16,921 nucleotides of DNA from Thermoproteota archaeon (GTDB taxonomy: Archaea > Korarchaeota > Korarchaeia > Korarchaeales > Korarchaeaceae). This document shows positions 15,889 through 16,921 of the stretch, piece after piece. The notes below the pieces were generated by a model, which was not told the origin of the DNA, searched no databases, and worked only from the letters and a program-made list of their open reading frames with translations. The stretch is taken from positions 1-16,921 of the forward strand of contig JAOZFI010000062.1 in assembly GCA_027491395.1 (NCBI GenBank), read 5' to 3'. The translations under genes were made by a program, and so were the position numbers. The number at the start of each line of letters is the position of its first letter. Position 1 is the stretch's first letter.

Positions 15889-16626
15889 TCACCTGACGAA
15901 CGAGCTGAGGAAGTGGTAGAAGGATCGGGCGACCAGTCTCACGTTCTGAATCGTGTTCCTACCCAGTTTCCCAGTCGTCCCGATGGCCCATTCCAAGAGT
16001 TCCTCTGGAGCACCCGAGATATCGCGAACGAGATCCTCGCCCAAGAGCGATAGGGAAAACAGGATCTCTTTCAGCTGGGCCGCGAGTGCCATAGCGCTGG
16101 TCAACTTGTTCCGTCTGAGTTCCTCCCACGGAAGAGGTTCTAGGGGAAGCATCTCCTTCATCAAGGGCCATTGAGTATGGGCTAGACCCCTCTCAGCTAG
16201 GTATCTCGAGACCTCGTAGTCCCTCACCGCTATCGAAAGCAAGTAGAGCACCTTAGGGGCCGCGTTACCCAAGGGAAGATCGTCCCTTGGCACGGATATC
16301 TCGTAGTATCTCCTGTGACCGTGTAATTTTACGTGACCCAGATCGTGGTATACTGAGTCGGTTAGCAGGTCCCTAGGCACATCCAACCTGACCTCGACTG
16401 TGGGTCCCTCCAAGGCTATATGTAGAGCATAGAAATCTGACGATTCCGGGGTCCAATAGTCACCGAGCACCTCCCTGAGGTCCTCTCTTCCCTTCACCAC
16501 GACGAGGTCGAATCTTCCCACGGTAACCTCCCGGCTGGCCCTCTCAACCAATTCGACTACGGGAAGGGCCTCTCGAGGGGAGACTCCCACGAGCCTTATC
16601 ACAGGGAGTAAGTGCTTAGAGGTCAT
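15889..16626 (-). CDS. Hypothetical protein with a zincin-like HDLGHxxxH motif
   Basis: YHDLGHVKLHG...LYLLSIAVRDYEV. The likely start is ATG at 16626, because the ORF-track extension to 16764 overlaps sixA on the other strand. Confidence 0.7.
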   Translation of the reverse strand: MTSKHLLPVIRLVGVSPREALPVVELVERASREVTVGRFDLVVVKGREDLREVLGDYWTPESSDFYALHIALEGPTVEVRLDVPRDLLTDSVYHDLGHVKLHGHRRYYEISVPRDDLPLGNAAPKVLYLLSIAVRDYEVSRYLAERGLAHTQWPLMKEMLPLEPLPWEELRRNKLTSAMALAAQLKEILFSLSLLGEDLVRDISGAPEELLEWAIGTTGKLGRNTIQNVRLVARSFYHFLSSFVR

Positions 16627-16701
16627 ATAAGGATAAGAGGGTGAGAGTGGAAGAAAGGGAAAGGTGTATACCTGTAAATTTCGATTGAGGAGGGAGCGCA
16701 G

Positions 16702-16921
16702 ATGAGGGTTTATCTGGTGAGGCACGGTGAGGCCAGAAGGAAGGAAGAGGATCCCGAGAGACATCTCACTGAGAAGGGGGCGGTGGAGGCCAGTAAAATT
16801 GCCAAATTCCTATCAGAGATAGGGGTTCGTGTGGAGGAGGTGCTCCACAGTGGTAAGACGAGGGCAAAAGAAACAGCTGAAATAATAGCCTCGGAGCTGG
16901 GAGTTCGGGTCAGGGAAGTAA
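16702..16921 (+). CDS. sixA: Phosphohistidine phosphatase SixA (5' part, truncated by the window end)
   Basis: MRVYLVRHGEARRKEEDPERHLTEKG...VLHSGKTRAKETAEII has the RHG motif, RxLTxxG and HSxxxRAxETA. A GAGGAGG RBS lies upstream. Confidence 0.93.
   Translation, partial: MRVYLVRHGEARRKEEDPERHLTEKGAVEASKIAKFLSEIGVRVEEVLHSGKTRAKETAEIIASELGVRVREV

Noticed and set aside
402-16174. Many short shadow ORFs in the track (e.g. 402-722, 1273-1590, 1894-2310, 2533-2862, 5536-5898, 7990-8307, 9227-9592, 11903-12284, 15194-15394, 15953-16174)
   Set aside because: They are antisense or out-of-frame to well-supported genes or relics, with no recognisable motifs.
16627-16764. N-terminal extension of the 291-aa ORF
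   Set aside because: It overlaps sixA and its RBS on the opposite strand and has a low-complexity L/P/S composition. ATG at 16626 is more plausible.

Overview
This window looks like an archaeal accessory region, probably from a thermophile (inferred from GGTGAT/GGAGG ribosome-binding sites, TATA-like boxes and AGG/AGA Arg codons). Almost all cargo genes are on the minus strand. Most encode membrane-anchored or secreted proteins: a phospholipase D/Nuc-like enzyme, a beta-propeller protein, an alpha/beta-hydrolase plus deacetylase-like fusion, a DNRLRE/Ig-like surface protein and a VPAGTF-motif protein. These are interleaved with about six toxin-antitoxin loci at different stages of decay: two intact vapBC pairs, a PIN toxin with a truncated antitoxin, a deletion-fused vapBC relic and two orphan antitoxin-like ORFs. 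Also present are a frameshifted GMC oxidoreductase and an IS1595-like transposase fragment. The right end holds an MFS transporter, a zincin-like protein and the start of sixA. The most unusual signal is the palindrome CGCGCGCG, seen four times, three of them at apparent deletion, frameshift or fusion junctions. Two of these copies form the core of a ~30-bp imperfect direct repeat bracketing the AbrB-VapC module. No rRNA, tRNA or CRISPR array was seen. Family assignments come from motif recognition, not database searches.
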